Positions 12,470 to 25,375 of a DNA stretch of 64,000 nt are shown here, in pieces. This DNA comes from Octopus vulgaris (lineage: Eukaryota): contig OX597820.1 of the NCBI GenBank assembly GCA_951406725.2, forward strand, positions 17,484,001 through 17,548,000, in the 5' to 3' direction. The first letter of the stretch is position 1. Each line of letters starts with the position of its first letter. Both the position numbers and the translations under genes were made by a program. The notes below the pieces were generated by a model that saw only the letters and a list, made by a program, of their open reading frames with translations, was not told the DNA's origin and ran no database searches.

Positions 12470-12775
12470 ATGCGTGTGTGTGTCTGTGTGTGTATCTGTG
12501 TTTATGTATGTATGTATGTATGTATGTGTGCATGTGTAATTATATATATACGAGAGGCTTCTTTTAGTTTCCATCTGCCAAATCCATTCACAAGGCTTTG
12601 GTCGGCCCGAGGCTATAGTAGAAGACAGTTTCCCAAGGTACAACGTAGTGGGATCGACCCCGAAAGGATGAAAGGTAAAGTCGACCTCAGTGGAATTTGA
12701 ACTCAGAACGCAGCGGCAGACGAAATACCGCTAAGCATTTCGCCCGGGGTGCTAACATTTCTGCCAGCTCGCTGC
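12470..12775 (-). mobile_element. Chimeric SINE: family B 5' half joined to family A body
   Basis: 12653-12775 is the B head and central domain. 12470-12652 is A from the CORE-like segment onward. Junction AGTGGGA|TCGACCCCG. Confidence 0.75.
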
Positions 12776-13420
12776 AAGCTTCTTTTATTCATTTAATTTG
12801 CCGCAAGGGCCTTACACAGAAAGCAAGCCGCGGGCTGGACACACACATAATGATATGAATGACAAATGAAATGGTGAAAACTGAGGGCAACAAGCAACAC
12901 CCGCCGATTGCTGTTAACCTGAAGGCATTGTTCTTTTTAATGTTTCATGCTCGAGGCAGCGCCTACATAAACATAACATGCTCAGCTTTTCTTTGGTTTG
13001 TCTTTTGCATTTTGTCTTATCTATAAATTTTTTTTACGACTAAATATGTTATGTCGTAGTGACAAATGTTATTACGTATACACTAAGGTCCATGTCGATT
13101 ATATAAATCTGTGGCACAGATTCAATTTCAGTCTCGTCTGCGGCTCTTTCTCCTAACTTGTCACTAATGAAAAAATCAAGGACGTCGATCATGTCACCCA
13201 TTTTATTTCTTTTAAAGCAATACCCATTAATCACCTATTAATGGATATCCCAGGTCATCTAATATCGTAATAATGTTTTATTTCATGAATATTTCATCTC
13301 TTTATAGGTGTGCGGGAGTGAGGGTGGAGGGGTGGGTGTGTGGTTGCGTATAGGTGTATGTCTATCTCTTAAAACTTTTTCCGTCTCGTCTTTCTCTCTT
13401 GCATATTCATTCCGTCTTCA

Positions 13421-13453
<33 letters not shown>

Positions 13454-13539
13454 CTATCTCTGTCTCTCTCTCTCTCTCTCTCACTCTCTGTCTGTCTCTC
13501 TCTCACTCTCTGTATACATATATGTGTGTGTGTGCAATA

Positions 13540-13758
13540 TACATACATATATATATATACAATATACATATTTATATATATATATACATATTTATATATA
13601 TATATACATATTTATATATATATATACATATTTATATATATATATATACATATATATATATAATATACATATTTATATATATATACATATATATCTATAT
13701 AATATACATATTTATATATATATTCATATGTATATAATATACATATTTATATATATAT

Positions 13759-13802
<44 letters not shown>

Positions 13803-13900
13803 TATAAGTATATATACACATACATATATATATATATACATATATATAATACATATATATACATTCAGATATATGTATAAATATATATATATACATATTT
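13540..13900. repeat. Compound (TA)n/(TACATA) microsatellite
   Basis: Directly visible. Confidence 0.95.
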
Positions 13901-14265
13901 ATGATGTGTGCGTGCATGTATGTCTGTGTGTGCGTATATTTATGTGTAGACATGTGTGCATGTCTGCATATCACAGCGCCACCATACCCCATTGCTTTTA
14001 AAGCGATATTTATTAATCACCTTTTAATGGACATCTCAGACCATGTAATAAAATAATCAGTTTCTTTGATAAATATTTTATTTAGAGGTATACGTTTACG
14101 TAACTATATATACGTATGTATGGATGCATGCATGTATATATATCAGTATCGTACATGTATGTAAGTATATATACTGCAAAGTGAAAGGGACTAAAATGGA
14201 GAATCCTTGGAACGGTTCCCAATCTTCATTGTACTACTTTGTGTAGATGTGTGTGTATGTGTGTG

Positions 14266-14313
<48 letters not shown>

Positions 14314-14517
14314 GCCTTCTTGTGAGTAGTGTCATATTGACCCTTCGTGTGCCCTATGATAAGGTTTTGATAAGAAGATAAGTAGAAGTATGTCACGTGT
14401 TTCTTTTTATTTCCTTTTTATTCGTCCATTGTGAAACGACTCAAACTTTTAAATATTATTATACTAGTGTACTCGTGCCGCCAGAAATGAAGACATGAAA
14501 ATGATACTCTCTCTCTC

Positions 14518-15040
14518 TCTCTTTTACTCTTATACTTGTTTCAGTCATTTGACTGCGGCCATCCTGGAGCACCGCCTTTTGTCGAGCAAATCGACCCCGG
14601 GACTTATTCTTTGTAAGCCTAGTACTTATTCTATCGATCTCTTTTGCCGAACCGCTAAGTTACGGGGATGTAAACACACCAGCATCAGTTGTCAAGCAAT
14701 TTTGGGGGGAGGGGACAAACACAGACACACGAACATATACACACACATACATACATATATATACATATATATGACGGGCTTCTTTCAGTTTCCGTCTACC
14801 AAATCCACTCACAAGGATTTGGTCGGCCCGAGGCTATAGTAGAAGACACTTGCCTAAGGTGCCACACAGTGGGACTGATTTCAGAACCATGTGGCTGGTA
14901 AGCAAGCTACTTACAACCACACAACCACTCCTGCGCCTTTGAAACATAACATTATTAAAAAGGTGTCACGCAGTGGGACTGGTCCCGGAACCATGTGGTT
15001 GGTAAGCAGGCAACTTACCACACAGCCACTCCTGCGTCTA
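14518..15040 (-). mobile_element. SINE A full copy (14518-14937) plus an extra head fragment (14960-15040)
   Basis: Matches family A on the minus strand. Confidence 0.85.
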
Positions 15041-15120
15041 TGGAAAATAAAATTAATAAAAACATTACAACCTTTATCTCAGTAACTGCTTCAACACCAC
15101 GTTTCTAGTGAAAACCCTAC

Positions 15121-15628
15121 CAGCAATGAGTTCACCTTGTTTCGGATGATCCGTTTCAGTATCAATTAGTTCTTCCATTCTTCTCGATGTTCTCTCGCTC
15201 TCGATGTCTCTCCTTTGTGCTGCTCCCTCTTCCGTTTCATCCTGTCGCCTTCGCGATGCTCTCCTTCATAGATATTCTCTCCTCACTGTTGCTTTCTCTT
15301 CTATTTCATCTTGGCGCTTTTGTTCTGCTTTCTCTTTTCGGATATCTCTCCTTTGTACAATGAGGTGCTCCTTTGTACAATGAGGTGCTCCTTTGTACAA
15401 TGAGGTACTCCTTTGTACAATGAGGTGCTCCTTTTCATTTTGACGTCTTCGAGCCTGCCCCCTTGCGCCTTGCATTTGTCTCTTTTGTCTCACTTCTTGT
15501 GACTGATTTAAGAACCTTAATGAATTATTTAATCATTTTGCGTCCGGTTCTTCCTGAGTGAGACTGGCTGTTCTTCGCCTTTGTCTCTCTCTGGTTAACC
15601 GTCGCCTTCTGTCTGGTTCATTCTCCAT
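15121..15628 (-). pseudogene. STPR-like 23-aa repeat ORF relic, likely a Helitron RepHel N-terminus
   Basis: MENEPDRRRRLTRERQRRR... then RQNEKEHLIVQRRDIRKEKAEQK / RQDEIEEKATVRREYL*RRASRR / RQDETEEGAAQRRDIESERTSRR, an exact 23-aa period once a 60-bp duplication is removed. Two TGA stops lie where CGA(Arg) would fit. Confidence 0.6.
15348..15433. repeat. 20-bp tandem repeat CTCCTTTGTACAATGAGGTG, about 4 copies
   Basis: Directly visible. Confidence 0.95.
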
Positions 15629-17029
15629 AGCAGGTGGATGAGTATATGTAATACAACGAAACACAGACTTCAAAATAAATTAGTATATTTGTGTGTGTGT
15701 GTGTGTGTTTGTATGCGCACGGGGGTGTGTACGTTAGTATGTTTATATTTCTATACGTAACCATACAAAGTTCATAATTAAGCAGGATTACTTTAATGGC
15801 ATACAGAGACATTTTTCCAGCAACGTCCACGCGTTTTCTATCTCTGTCTATCTGTCTTTCTCTCTCTCTCTCTCTCTATCTATCTCACACACACACTCTT
15901 TACCGCCTGAAACGGAAAAAGATCTTGAAGACAAACTTCACAGCCTTGGCAAAATTTTCATTCCTAAATATTTACAAACATCGCTGTGTCGGCAAGTATT
16001 TGTAAATATTTATAATTACCTTCCTTTTATATTAAGCTTTCTTTAAACACGATATTTTTTATTTTATGACATAAAAATTACTACTTATTTACTTATCTTA
16101 TATTCTATTAACTTTGCAACTTTTTAAGCAGAAAAGTCTTCCAGAACAGTCAGACATCCATAGAGATACAGAAAAAAATAATTTTGTGGTGCAAAAATCT
16201 TGAGTGATTTTGGACAAACTTACAAACAACCTCATTATTATAATAGAGTATCCAAGGAAGTGAGTTGGCAGAATCGTTAGCACGCCGGATGAAATGCTTG
16301 GCAATATTTCGTCTGCGGCTACTGTCTGAGTTCAAATTCCACTGAGATATACTTTCAGGATCGATAAATTAAGTACCTAATCGAATCATCCCCACCTCCC
16401 CCACACTGCCCTTGTGGCTAAAATTTGAAATAATTATATTATCCAAGGCTTATTAGAGATTGATAGGACAATTAAAACATGATTGATTATGAAGCACATT
16501 AATCTTTCCTCTGATAGACACAAGGGTTTAAATATTCTGGAGAGGGATTCGTCGATTGTACCGTCACCAGTACTCAACTGGTATTTATTTTATTGAAAGC
16601 CAAAAGCGACTTCAGCAGAATTTGAACCCAGGACGTAAAGCCGCTGAGTATTTTGTCCAGTACTGTAAAGATTCTGCCAGCTCGCCACATTTTGTGAAAC
16701 ACATTAATAAAGTGTGTGCAACACAAAAGCGAAGGAATCCCAAATAGTTTTTTTTTTAAGTCAATAAGTTATTGACGTAAAATATATTCACCGCTGGAAA
16801 CAGCCGTAGTGATAATTTGTAAATTTACAAATAACAAAAAGTACAATTGAGTGGCCAGCTTGTAGCAGCCATAACAGTTAAGAAATTTACGTCTATGAAA
16901 ACTTAAAATGTATTGACTTCCCAACAATAAAATCTGATACGTAAGCATTCGGAGAAAAAGCATGTTGCCTAATAATGGCGTTTTCTTGAAATAATGGAGT
17001 TGAAAATGAAGAGGTTGACGAAGAAGATC

Positions 17030-17500
17030 ATTTGCCTTCTTGAAAAAGATGTAGAATTGTGTCGGTGTCCTCACCTTCTTGTCTTCATATATTTCTTGAT
17101 AACAGCATATTCCTTCCTTAATATTTCTTTCGACCATGGCGAATTCTTCGACCTTCGACTTTAATATTTTCAAATGGGCAACACCGTCAATACAATGCTA
17201 AAACATGTCTACCAACTTCTTTGCAGTGAAAGAATTCCTTGACTCTTCTTTCCCTATTTGTCTTTTATTCTTCCCCCATTAGCCTCTTTTCTTCTTACTG
17301 AATGAGGTCCTCTTAGGACAGTTCTTTAAGATTCTGGACCAATAACTGTTTTACATTGACCAATTTTACTTTCGCCAATTCCACAACGTTACCTTCACTT
17401 CCAACCAGTTCTTCAAAGTCAGTATTTCAACCAGTTCTTCCTTTTCTTCAAAGCCAGCAAATGTATTACTGAATCGCTTCATAAACTGCTTCGTCGATGT
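17030..17500 (-). mobile_element. Tigger/pogo (TcMar) transposase C-terminal relic
   Basis: EEFAMVERNIKEGICCYQEIYEDKKVRTPTQFYIFFKK resembles the Tigger C-terminal CYxEIYxEKK...FF motif. Upstream sequence is degenerate. Confidence 0.6.
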
Positions 17501-17534
17501 ATATTACTGGTACAATTGTAAGCTTAGGAGAAGA

Positions 17535-18027
17535 CGGTGGAATTTGAACTCAGTAAATAAAGATAGGCGATAAACAGCTAAGCATTTCCCCCGACGTGCT
17601 AACGTTTCTTATTTCTTTACTGCCTACAAGGGGCTTACACACAGAGGGGACAAATAAAGACAGACAAGCGGATTAAGTCGATTATATCGACCCCAGTGCG
17701 TAACTGGTATTTAATTTAAAGACTCCGAAAGGATGAGAGGCAAAGTCGACCTCGGAGGAATTTGAACTCTGAACGTAAAGACAGGCGAAATACCTATTTC
17801 TTTACTACCCACAAGGGGCTAAACACAGAAAGGACAAACAAGGACAGACAAACGGATGAAGTCGATTATATCGACCCCAGTGCGTAACTGGTACTTATTT
17901 AATCGACCCCGAAAGGATGAAAAGTAAAGTGAACTTCGGCGGAATTTGAACTCAGAACGTAGCGGCAGACGAAATACGGCTAGGCATTTCGCCCGGCGTG
18001 CTAACGTTTCTGCCATCTCGCCGCCTT
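17535..18027 (-). mobile_element. SINE B tandem (head plus two tail units) abutting an older B fragment
   Basis: Family B sequence with ~180-bp units. Confidence 0.85.
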
Positions 18028-18334
18028 CATATATTTGTTAAATTATGATCGTGCCTGAACAGGAAGATATCTGAGTTCTCAGCAACGACATCCTAGACAC
18101 CACACTCTTATCCTGGGTCGCCACCTATCTGTCGAAACTGAAAATGAATTTTTACACCTTCGGTCGATTCAGTAAGGTACCAGTAATATGCTTGGGTGGA
18201 ATCGGCTGATTGTATCTATTTCATACCTCATGGTATCTTCAAAGCGTAAGAAAGCAATTATTATTTAAAACAACTCCGTGTGTGTGTGTATGTGTGCGTG
18301 TGTGTGTATGTGTGCGTGTGTGTGTGTGTGTGTA

Positions 18335-18387
<53 letters not shown>

Positions 18388-18617
18388 CGCTTTCTAACGA
18401 TTTTCTCCTTTTTTCTGCTTCTTTCGCTTTTAATGCTTTATCTCATATTTTTTTTAACTTAATATCGTAGACAGTTTTTAACATAGTTCATCTTCATTTA
18501 GTACATATGCTTCCATATTCCCTATTCTCACGCTTTCTCATATCTACACACATATCCATCCATCCATTTATCTTTGTCTGTCTGTCTGTCTTTCTCTCTC
18601 TCCCCCTCTCTCTCTCC

Positions 18618-18621
<4 letters not shown>

Positions 18622-18661
<40 letters not shown>

Positions 18662-18738
18662 ATACACATATATGTATACATACATATATATATGTGCGTA
18701 TATACATACATATGTATATATATATGCATATATATACA

Positions 18739-18778
<40 letters not shown>

Positions 18779-18786
18779 CATATGTT

Positions 18787-18818
<32 letters not shown>

Positions 18819-18830
18819 CATATGTTTTAT

Positions 18831-18861
<31 letters not shown>

Positions 18862-18915
18862 ATATGTTTATATATATATATATACATGTATATATATACA
18901 CATATATATGTATAT

Positions 18916-19006
<91 letters not shown>

Positions 19007-19050
19007 CATATATGCACATGTATAAACATGTGTATATATAGTATATATAT
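18622..19050. repeat. Compound (TA)n microsatellite
   Basis: Directly visible. Confidence 0.95.
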
Positions 19051-19754
19051 ACACGTGTGTGTGCGTAAATGTACCCATATGCGTATATGGATGTCTATAT
19101 GTGTATTCATACACATACATACACACACACACACACACATATATATATATGTACATTTTCCATGTGTTTCTCTTCTCTTCACCCACCACTACTACAAACA
19201 CGGGTTTTTACATTTACAAGTTTCAAATATTGTGTTTTGTTTTGTATTTTTGTAATATATTTCTTATACAATGATTTCTTCCTAATCTGTCATCGGCTGA
19301 CATTTCCTTTACTTGTATATTCTCAATCAATTAACATAACTCTGTATGCTTGTATATGGTCGTATGTGTGTGGACGTGTATGTGTATGTGTTTGCGTGCC
19401 TGAATCTGCCTCTCTTTCTCTCTCACCCTCCCCGCACTCTCTCTCTCTCTCTCTGTATGCAACATCAGCTCTGATTCGTTCATGCTTTCGCTGATTCACA
19501 TAGTCAAAACAGTTCCATAAATAAACAGTTTCCCCGCATCGTTTCCTTTTCTTGCCACCGTTGAACTATCCTCCCTTATCACTTGAAATTCTTTCCTGTA
19601 ACTTTAATATATATTTTTTATATAAGTTACGAGTTTCTTTTTCAAATCATTAAACATTTAAAATCGAATTTCACTTATCTATCTTCCAATTAAAGCTATA
19701 AACAAGCAATCAATGACTCTACATGAAAAGAGGCCCATCGATATTAACAAAATC

Positions 19755-20334
19755 AAAGCAGGATAGGGAAACCGTCTTGCACGCATTCGTGGACTGCCCG
19801 GAGTTATCGGGACTGATTGCTTTTGCCGAACAACTGTTGTCAGTGAGTGGAAGAGTACAGCTATCAGCGGAGTCTATCATTGAGATTGTGCCACCTTCTT
19901 GTTTTTCCTGCGTAGTAGCCTTACTGAAAGAAACAGCATGGAAGATGCGTACGAAAGGTGTAGTGACAGGAACCTTTATATCGGGCCAGGGGTTGGTTAA
20001 CTTTAGTTACCACCTCGGTAGTGGTGGAAGCACTCAGGCTGGAGAAGAGGTATCTGTCACGAGATATGTTTGTGAAAAGATAGAAGCCTGTGGCTTGCAA
20101 GATGGGTATGTCTGGCACCAGGTGAGTGTGGCCGGATCAAAAGTAAAGGTTCTACCCAGATGGCTGGGTTCCTTGCCCTACTAGGTAACATAAAATTCGT
20201 AAACTTTCATTGAAATTTGTACCCATCATATTGTAAATTTTTAAAACGTTTTAAGCTACTTCGTCCTGTATGTTTGTCTGTCCTTGTATGTCCCCTCTAT
20301 GTAACGCCTTAATGGCGAATTTTTATGAAATAAA
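19755..20334 (+). mobile_element. L1/Tx1-like LINE 3' fragment (post-RT zinc-binding region plus 3' UTR)
   Basis: KQDRETVLHAFVDCP matches the ETxxHxFxxC motif, followed by VVALLKETAWKMR. Frameshifts present. 3' UTR ends ATGAAATAAA. Confidence 0.7.
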
Positions 20335-20476
20335 GTTGCTTGCTTACTAACCACATGGTTCCGGGTTCAGTCCCACTGCGTGGCACCTTGGGCAAGTGTC
20401 CTCTACTATAGCCTCGGGCCGACCGAAGCCTTGTGAGTGGATTTGGTAGACGGAAACTGAAAGAAGCCCGTCGTAT
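20335..20476 (+). mobile_element. SINE A left arm lacking the first ~20 nt
   Basis: GTTGCTTGCTTACTAACCACATGG...GAAGCCCGTCGTAT. Confidence 0.85.
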
Positions 20477-20649
20477 AGCAGCTCTATTTGTAGTAGTAGT
20501 AATAGTAGCCGCAGCAGCAAAAATATATACGTATGTCTTGGGTACGATTTAAATTGCATCCGGTAGCGAGAGTTCGAGGGTTCCAGGATTTTGTGGAGCG
20601 TGGAATCATCTCTTAGCACTATTGTTTCCAGATCTTTTCTGTCTCGGTG

Positions 20650-20894
20650 TAGTGGTAGTAGTAGAAGTAGTAGTAGCATTCAGCAGCAGCGGTAGTTGTT
20701 GTTGTAGCAGTAGTAGTGATTGCAGCAGCAGCAGTAGTAGCTGTTGTTGTTGCTGTTGTAGTAGTAATAGTAGTAGTTGTTGTTGTTGCTTTTGTAGTAG
20801 TAGTAGTAGTAGTAGTAGTAGCGGTAGTTGTTGTAGTAGTAGCAGCAGTAGCAGCAGCAGCAGAAGCAGCAGTAGTAGTAGCAGCAGCAGAAGC

Positions 20895-20926
<32 letters not shown>

Positions 20927-20991
20927 CAGCAGCAGCTCTTGCCGCAGCAGCACCTGTAGTTGTAGTCGTGGTGGCTGTAGTAGTAGTAGTT

Positions 20992-21037
<46 letters not shown>

Positions 21038-21081
21038 CAGATCTTGCTGCAGCAGCACCTGTAGTTGTAATGGTGGTGGTT

Positions 21082-21121
<40 letters not shown>

Positions 21122-21124
21122 CAA

Positions 21125-21172
<48 letters not shown>

Positions 21173-21182
21173 CAACAGCAGC

Positions 21183-21216
<34 letters not shown>
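20650..21216. repeat. Compound (GTA)n/(GCA)n/(GTT)n trinucleotide repeat
   Basis: Directly visible. Source of the poly-S/T/L/V/Y ORFs. Confidence 0.95.
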
Positions 21217-21257
21217 AATATCAAGGCCCCCTGCTATGGGTTGATTAGTTAGCATAT

Positions 21258-21597
21258 TACGGGTTATTTACATTATTTGCACGTGAAAACCGGATCCAGT
21301 AGACTCTGCGGAAGAAACCTTCAGGGTTCAACGGAGGGGAATGCGGCTGCAGCAACGTATTGAGGAGTTCAGAGAGCAAGATAAAGCAAACAAGACACAC
21401 TGGGCCATCTTCTGCATCCGTCGCCATCCTCAGTCGTCTTGACATGGTTTGTCACTGGATCGAAGACGAGGCCAGGAGAAAGAGTTAGGCTGGCAGAGCG
21501 CATCTCTTCGCTTTATAAGCAGTCACCGCGCAAGTCATCTGTCTTTCTAAAGAAAGGCTAGCTAGATGGCACTTGCCGTTCAGACGGACTAACAACA
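21258..21597. mobile_element. Unclassified GC-richer interspersed fragment (possibly an RTE-type LINE 5' region, minus strand)
   Basis: Composition differs from the flanks and it is bounded by simple repeats. No coding motif. Confidence 0.2.
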
Positions 21598-21619
21598 TAT
21601 ATGTACACACACACACACA

Positions 21620-21661
<42 letters not shown>

Positions 21662-21685
21662 TACACACACACACACACAGAGTAA

Positions 21686-22000
21686 ATGGGAAATTTTAGC
21701 GCAACGCGGAACAATAATATACTGTCGGCCAAGTCACAAAATTATGGAAGGATTATTCAAACAGATGGGACTCGTATTCAACTGGAATCTTATAGAGAGG
21801 ACGTTACAAGAACAGACAAGGGACATGTAGGGTACAAACACGCTTCTTATATACAAGATGAAAAGACAGATGGATTTACGTATACGGATGGGAGTTAAAA
21901 ATATACGTGATTGGATGAAATTTGGGTTCCGGGTTAGTGAATTAAACCCACCGGTTGGTTATCCCTTTTGGTAGTCTTTATGGAATTTTATCACCCTCCC
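21686..22000 (+). pseudogene. Possible LINE RNase H relic (I-group)
   Basis: ...IQDEKTDGFTYTDGS* followed by IWVPG and VFMEFY. YTDGS is the first RNase H catalytic motif. Stops are present. Confidence 0.3.
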
Positions 22001-22552
22001 AGATGTAAAGATAATGTATTTTGAAATTGGCATTTGAAATAGGGCCCTCAGATAACTGAAATAATATCAAGTCCAAGCAGAACACCACAAACATGACGTG
22101 AAGGGAAGACTGATGCGCTGTGTTATTTGAATTTAATAAAAACATTTAAGTCGCGTGAAAAGTAATAAATTTATTTGAAAGAAGTTTCAAATCTTTCTAA
22201 AATAGTAGACTGCCTTACTGTTCCGAGTTAAAATTTATCTGGTGTTTGATTTGTCGTAATTGTTTCTCCGTTGCCACCAATATCAGTTTCATTCAGTCGA
22301 CCACATTTCCAAAAAATATACCTTCCTCTCAGAAATATTGTTGCAGTAAGAGTAATATCTAGTAATTATGCCTAGTGTGGTTTCTGGTTGGAACCTCCAG
22401 GTTTTCTGTACTGAAAGAGCCTGGTTAAGAGCCTATACGGTTACGTAACACAACCCGTACACCTTGCAACTATGTTATAACACCAACCAGCATGTTGCAG
22501 AGGGTGTTTAAAGACTCAAAGGTTCATAAAACCGACCTGCAAATACTCTGTA

Positions 22553-24670
22553 TCTATACCTACCTTTCTAATTGGCAATACCTATACCTGTCTCTATACC
22601 TACTTGTCTCTGTCTCTCTATACCTACCTGTCTCTCTATACCTACTTGTCTCTGTCTCTCTATACCTACCTGTCTCTCTATACCTACTTGTCTCTGTCTC
22701 TATACCTACCTGTCTCTCTATACCTACCTGTCTCTCTATACCTACCTGTCTCGATACCTACCTGTCTCTCTATACCTACCTGTCTCTCTATACCTACCTA
22801 CCTACCTGTTTCTATATACCTACCTGTTTCTATATACCTACCTACCTGTTTCTCTCTATACCTACCTGTCTCTCTATACCTACCTGTCTCTATATACCTA
22901 CATGTCTCTATATACCTACCTGTCTCTACCAACACTTGTGTCTGTGCACCATCCTCTATATACCTACGCCTGTCTCTCTACCTCTCTCTACCTCTATATC
23001 TCTATACCTCCACCCTATATCTCTATCTTTCTATACTATATCTTCTATCTCTAGTGCTTCTGCTTTCCATATCTTTATCTGCCTATGCTTTTCATATCTC
23101 TCTCTATATATATATCTCCATATGCCAATACCTCCATATGCCTATATGTCACTGCTTATATTGCCGATATCTCTACATGCCTATACCTCTATATTATATA
23201 CATGCCTATATATTATATCTCTTACATGCCTATATATTATATCTCTTACATGCCTATACCTCTATATTATATACATGCCTATATATTATATCTTTTACAT
23301 GCCTATACCTCTATATATATATCTTTTACATGCCTATACCTCTATATATATATCTTTTACATGCCAATACCTCTATATATATATCTTTTACATGCCAATA
23401 CCTCTATATATATCTCTTACATGCCAATACCTCTTACATGCCAATACCTCTATATATATCTTTTACATGCCAATACCTCTATATACATCTCTTACATGCC
23501 AATACCTCTATATACATCTCTTACATGCCAATACCTCTATATACATCTCTTACATGCCAATACCTCTATATACATCTCTTACATGCCAATACCTCTATAT
23601 ACATCTCTTACATGCCTATACCTCTATATATATCTCTTACATGCCAATACCTCTTACATGCCAATACCTCTTACATGCCTATACCTCTATATACATCTCT
23701 TACATGCCAATACCTCTATATACATCTCTTACATGCCAATACCTCTATATACATCTCTTACATGCCAATACCTCTATATACATCTCTTACATGCCAATAC
23801 CTCTATATACATCTCTTACATGCCAATACCTCTATATACATCTCTTACATGCCAATACCTCTATATACATCTCTTACATGCCAATACCTCTATATACATC
23901 TCTTACATGCCAATACCTCTATATACATCTCTTACATGCCAATACCTCTATATACATCTCTTACATGCCAATACCTCTATATACATCTCTTACATGCCAA
24001 TACCTCTATATACATCTCTTACATGCCAATACCTCTATATACATCTCTTACATGCCAATACCTCTATATACATCTCTTACATGCCAATACCTCTATATAT
24101 ATCTCTTACATGCCAATACCTCTATATATATCTCTTACATGCCAATACCTCTATATATATCTCTTACATGCCAATACCTCTATATATCTCTTACATGCCA
24201 ATACCTCTATATATATCTCTTACATGCGAATACCTCTATATATCTCTTACATGCCAATACTTCTATATATCTCTTACATGCCAATACCTCTATATGCCTC
24301 TATATATCTCTACATGCCTATACCTCTATATATCTCTACATGCCTATACCTCTATATATCTCTACATGCCTATACCTCTATATATCTCTACATGCCTATA
24401 CCTCTATATATCTCTTACATGCCTATACCTCTATATATCTCTTACATGCCTATACCTCTATATATCTCTTACATGCCTATACCTCTATATCTCTTACATG
24501 CCTATACCTCTATATATATCTCTTACATGCCTATACCTCTATATATCTCTCTAAATGCCTATACCTCTATCTCTCTAAATGCCTATCTATACCTCTATAT
24601 CTCTACATGGCTATACCTCTATCTACACCTCCACACCTAGACCTGTCTCTATACCTCTACACCTCCCTAT
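22553..24670. repeat. Minisatellite array: ~18-bp TACCTACCTGTCTCTCTA units grading into 29-bp CCTCTATATACATCTCTTACATGCCAATA units
   Basis: Directly visible. Homogeneous 29-mer core at about 23470-24090. Explains the 841/678/489-aa ORFs. Confidence 0.95.
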
Positions 24671-25306
24671 CTCTCTATATTCCTCAATCTCATATGTGTA
24701 TATATGCCTATATTATGTTTATCCCTATCGGTGGCGTGGTTATTGCTAGTTCTATATCTCGTATATATCTGTATGTATGTATGTATGTATGTATGTATGT
24801 ATGTATGTTATGTATCTATCGATCTATCTATCTCTATATCTATCAATCATTTATATCTATCTATCATTGGATTATATCATTTATATCTGTCTATATCTTT
24901 GGAGTATCTCTACACCTTATTTCTATCTACATGTCTGTTTCTCATTCAGTCGGTCTGTCTGTCTGTCTGTCTGCCTGTCTGTATGTATCTATCTGTGTAT
25001 CTTACCTTTCGCTGTAGCTAGCCGGCAGAATAGCCAACTAATACTGGTGGTGAAATATCGCAGGTCTGAAAGAAGTGAAACCAATGCTGAGATTTTATAG
25101 GCAAAAACCGGAAGTGACATCACATTTGGAATATTCTAAACAAAATAAAACATCAGATTTAAAACTTTTTCGTTCATTTTAATTTACTTTATTAATATGA
25201 AGGAAACATATAGAGCGGTGACGTCATAGTAAAAACACAAGCTTTGTTTTATTTTATTAAATTTGCTATAAAGGCAGTACATAGAGTAAGGAAGCTAATG
25301 AGATTT

Positions 25307-25375
25307 TTCCTTATTAGCCACGAGGGCCCAACATAGAGGGGGACAAACAAGGACAGACAACACAAACCATGGGAT
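25307..25375 (-). mobile_element. Isolated 3' tail of the SINE B/Tx1 type with a different upstream sequence
   Basis: Reverse complement reads TTGTCTGTCCTTGTTTGTCCCCCTCTATGTTGGGCCCTCGTGGCTAATAAGGAAA, with no SINE B body. Confidence 0.55.

Noticed and set aside
13049-13200. Possible exon on either strand
   Set aside because: Short, weak splice signals, no recognisable motif.
15348-15433. Short regular repeats as a possible CRISPR array
   Set aside because: No unique spacers, no cas genes, eukaryotic context. This also applies to the 29-mer array.
20606-21255. Poly-Thr/Ser/Val/Leu/Tyr ORFs resembling mucin or Cys-rich proteins
   Set aside because: Trinucleotide microsatellite open in five frames, with no splice or coding context.
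22492-25017. 841-, 678- and 489-aa ORFs
   Set aside because: Translations of a minisatellite that is open in all three frames. No domain content.
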